A stretch of 50,941 nucleotides of DNA, the filler included, from Jimgerdemannia flammicorona (lineage: Eukaryota), in the NCBI GenBank assembly GCA_003990765.1. It is 2 parts of 2 records of this genome, joined end to end, with 100 filler letters (N's around TTAATTAATTAA, not from the genome) between each part and the next. Parts side by side here need not be neighbours in the genome. Positions count along the whole stretch, not along the records: positions 25,527 to 50,941 come from RBNJ01000835.1; 1 more part is not named here. One strand, given 5' to 3'. The position numbers and the translations under genes were made by a program. Below, one piece after another: positions 50,201-50,941 of the stretch. Below the pieces are notes generated by a model. It ran no database searches. It worked only from the letters and a program-made list of their open reading frames with translations, and was not told where the DNA came from. Positions within the stretch are counted from its first letter, which is position 1. Every line of letters starts with the position of its first letter.

Positions 50201-50940
50201 CACTGGCTATGTTCGATATTGGGGAGGGAGTGGAGTGTCAGTAGGGGCTTGGCCAGGATCTTTGGCCGAGTGGCTGGCAGGTGGCAGGGATCAGCAAGGA
50301 GTGGGACTGGGCAGGTATCTGGTCTTGGAGTGCGGAGGTATGGTGGTGGCTGTCTCCCAAGTTCTGAGTGGTATGGTGGAGATTGTTGCAGAGGAATGTC
50401 ATGCTGAATTTCCACATGGGGCATTTGGTAGAGGGTGGACGATTCGACTGTGAAGAGTGCTACAATGTTGGGAGAGCTGAGGGTCATGTACAGATGTCAG
50501 AACATTGGCTGGGAGAGTGTGAGGTTTTGGGGGAATTTTGGGCTGAAATAGAGGATCGACTGGGTGTGGGGAGGAGGCTGAGGGGGGAGGGGGGCCGTTG
50601 GGTGGACTTGAGGACTCGGCTTGTGGGTGGGGTGGGGGATAGTTGGCTCACTGTAGGGTGAGTATTAGCAGTATGGGTGGGATTAGCTGGCCATTGGCTT
50701 TTTGTATTTGAGGAGGGGCAGTGGTTGGGGCTGCGAGAGAAGGTGTTAAGGTGGGAGGAGCTGTTGGGGGATCTGCTGACTGGATGGTGGGTGGGTTGGG
50801 GTCCTCAGGGGGGTCAGCATCGCAGTTTGGTAGTCAGGATCTGTGAGCAGAGTGGTGGAAGAGTGGCGATGGTATTAGACAAGGTGGTCTTTCATCAGAA
50901 AGAGGTAGGGAGGGGGGGGCCCCCTAGGGGGATCGGATAG
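47299..50940 (+). pseudogene. LINE ORF2: APE endonuclease, reverse transcriptase, CCHC zinc finger (~1213 codons)
   Basis: Motifs SLNVNGL, GGDFN, RIDWI, WSDH, LDQEKAY, GVPQGDPLSP, AFADD and CEEC...EHWLGEC, in one frame with scattered stops. Confidence 0.95.
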
Positions 50941-50941
50941 G

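Larger units (their letters stand above)
45144..50941 (+). mobile_element. LINE (family 2), best-preserved long copy; 3'UTR lies beyond the window
   Basis: 5'UTR, ORF1 and ORF2 are each in a single frame, interrupted only by point-mutation stops. Confidence 0.96.

Overview
Eukaryotic, most likely fungal, transposon-dense region that has been heavily mutated by C>T/G>A transitions. About 95% is nested mobile DNA: two degenerate Ty1/copia elements, six L1/Tx1-like LINEs (APE+RT) from two families plus a short 3' stub, two related dUTPase-carrying Ty3/gypsy elements with paired LTRs and ATAT TSDs, a 2-kb LTR of a third LTR element, a hAT-type MITE, three copies of an unclassified ~1.2-kb poly(A) retroposon ('X'), and a TSD-flanked U6 snRNA retrocopy. 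One intact host gene (two exons, GC-AG intron, predicted type I membrane protein) lies in a CpG-rich island at ~36.5-38.3 kb. There is an assembly gap at 25427-25526. The main candidate system is in the LTR elements. Both gypsy copies encode integrase as a separate, stop/start-overlapped ORF, followed by an overlapped accessory ORF3. A homolog of ORF3 sits inside the U3 of the 2-kb LTR. The gypsy U3 regions carry arrays of 17-bp palindromes that have changed compensatorily between subfamilies. All alignments were done by eye; boundaries marked ~ are approximate.
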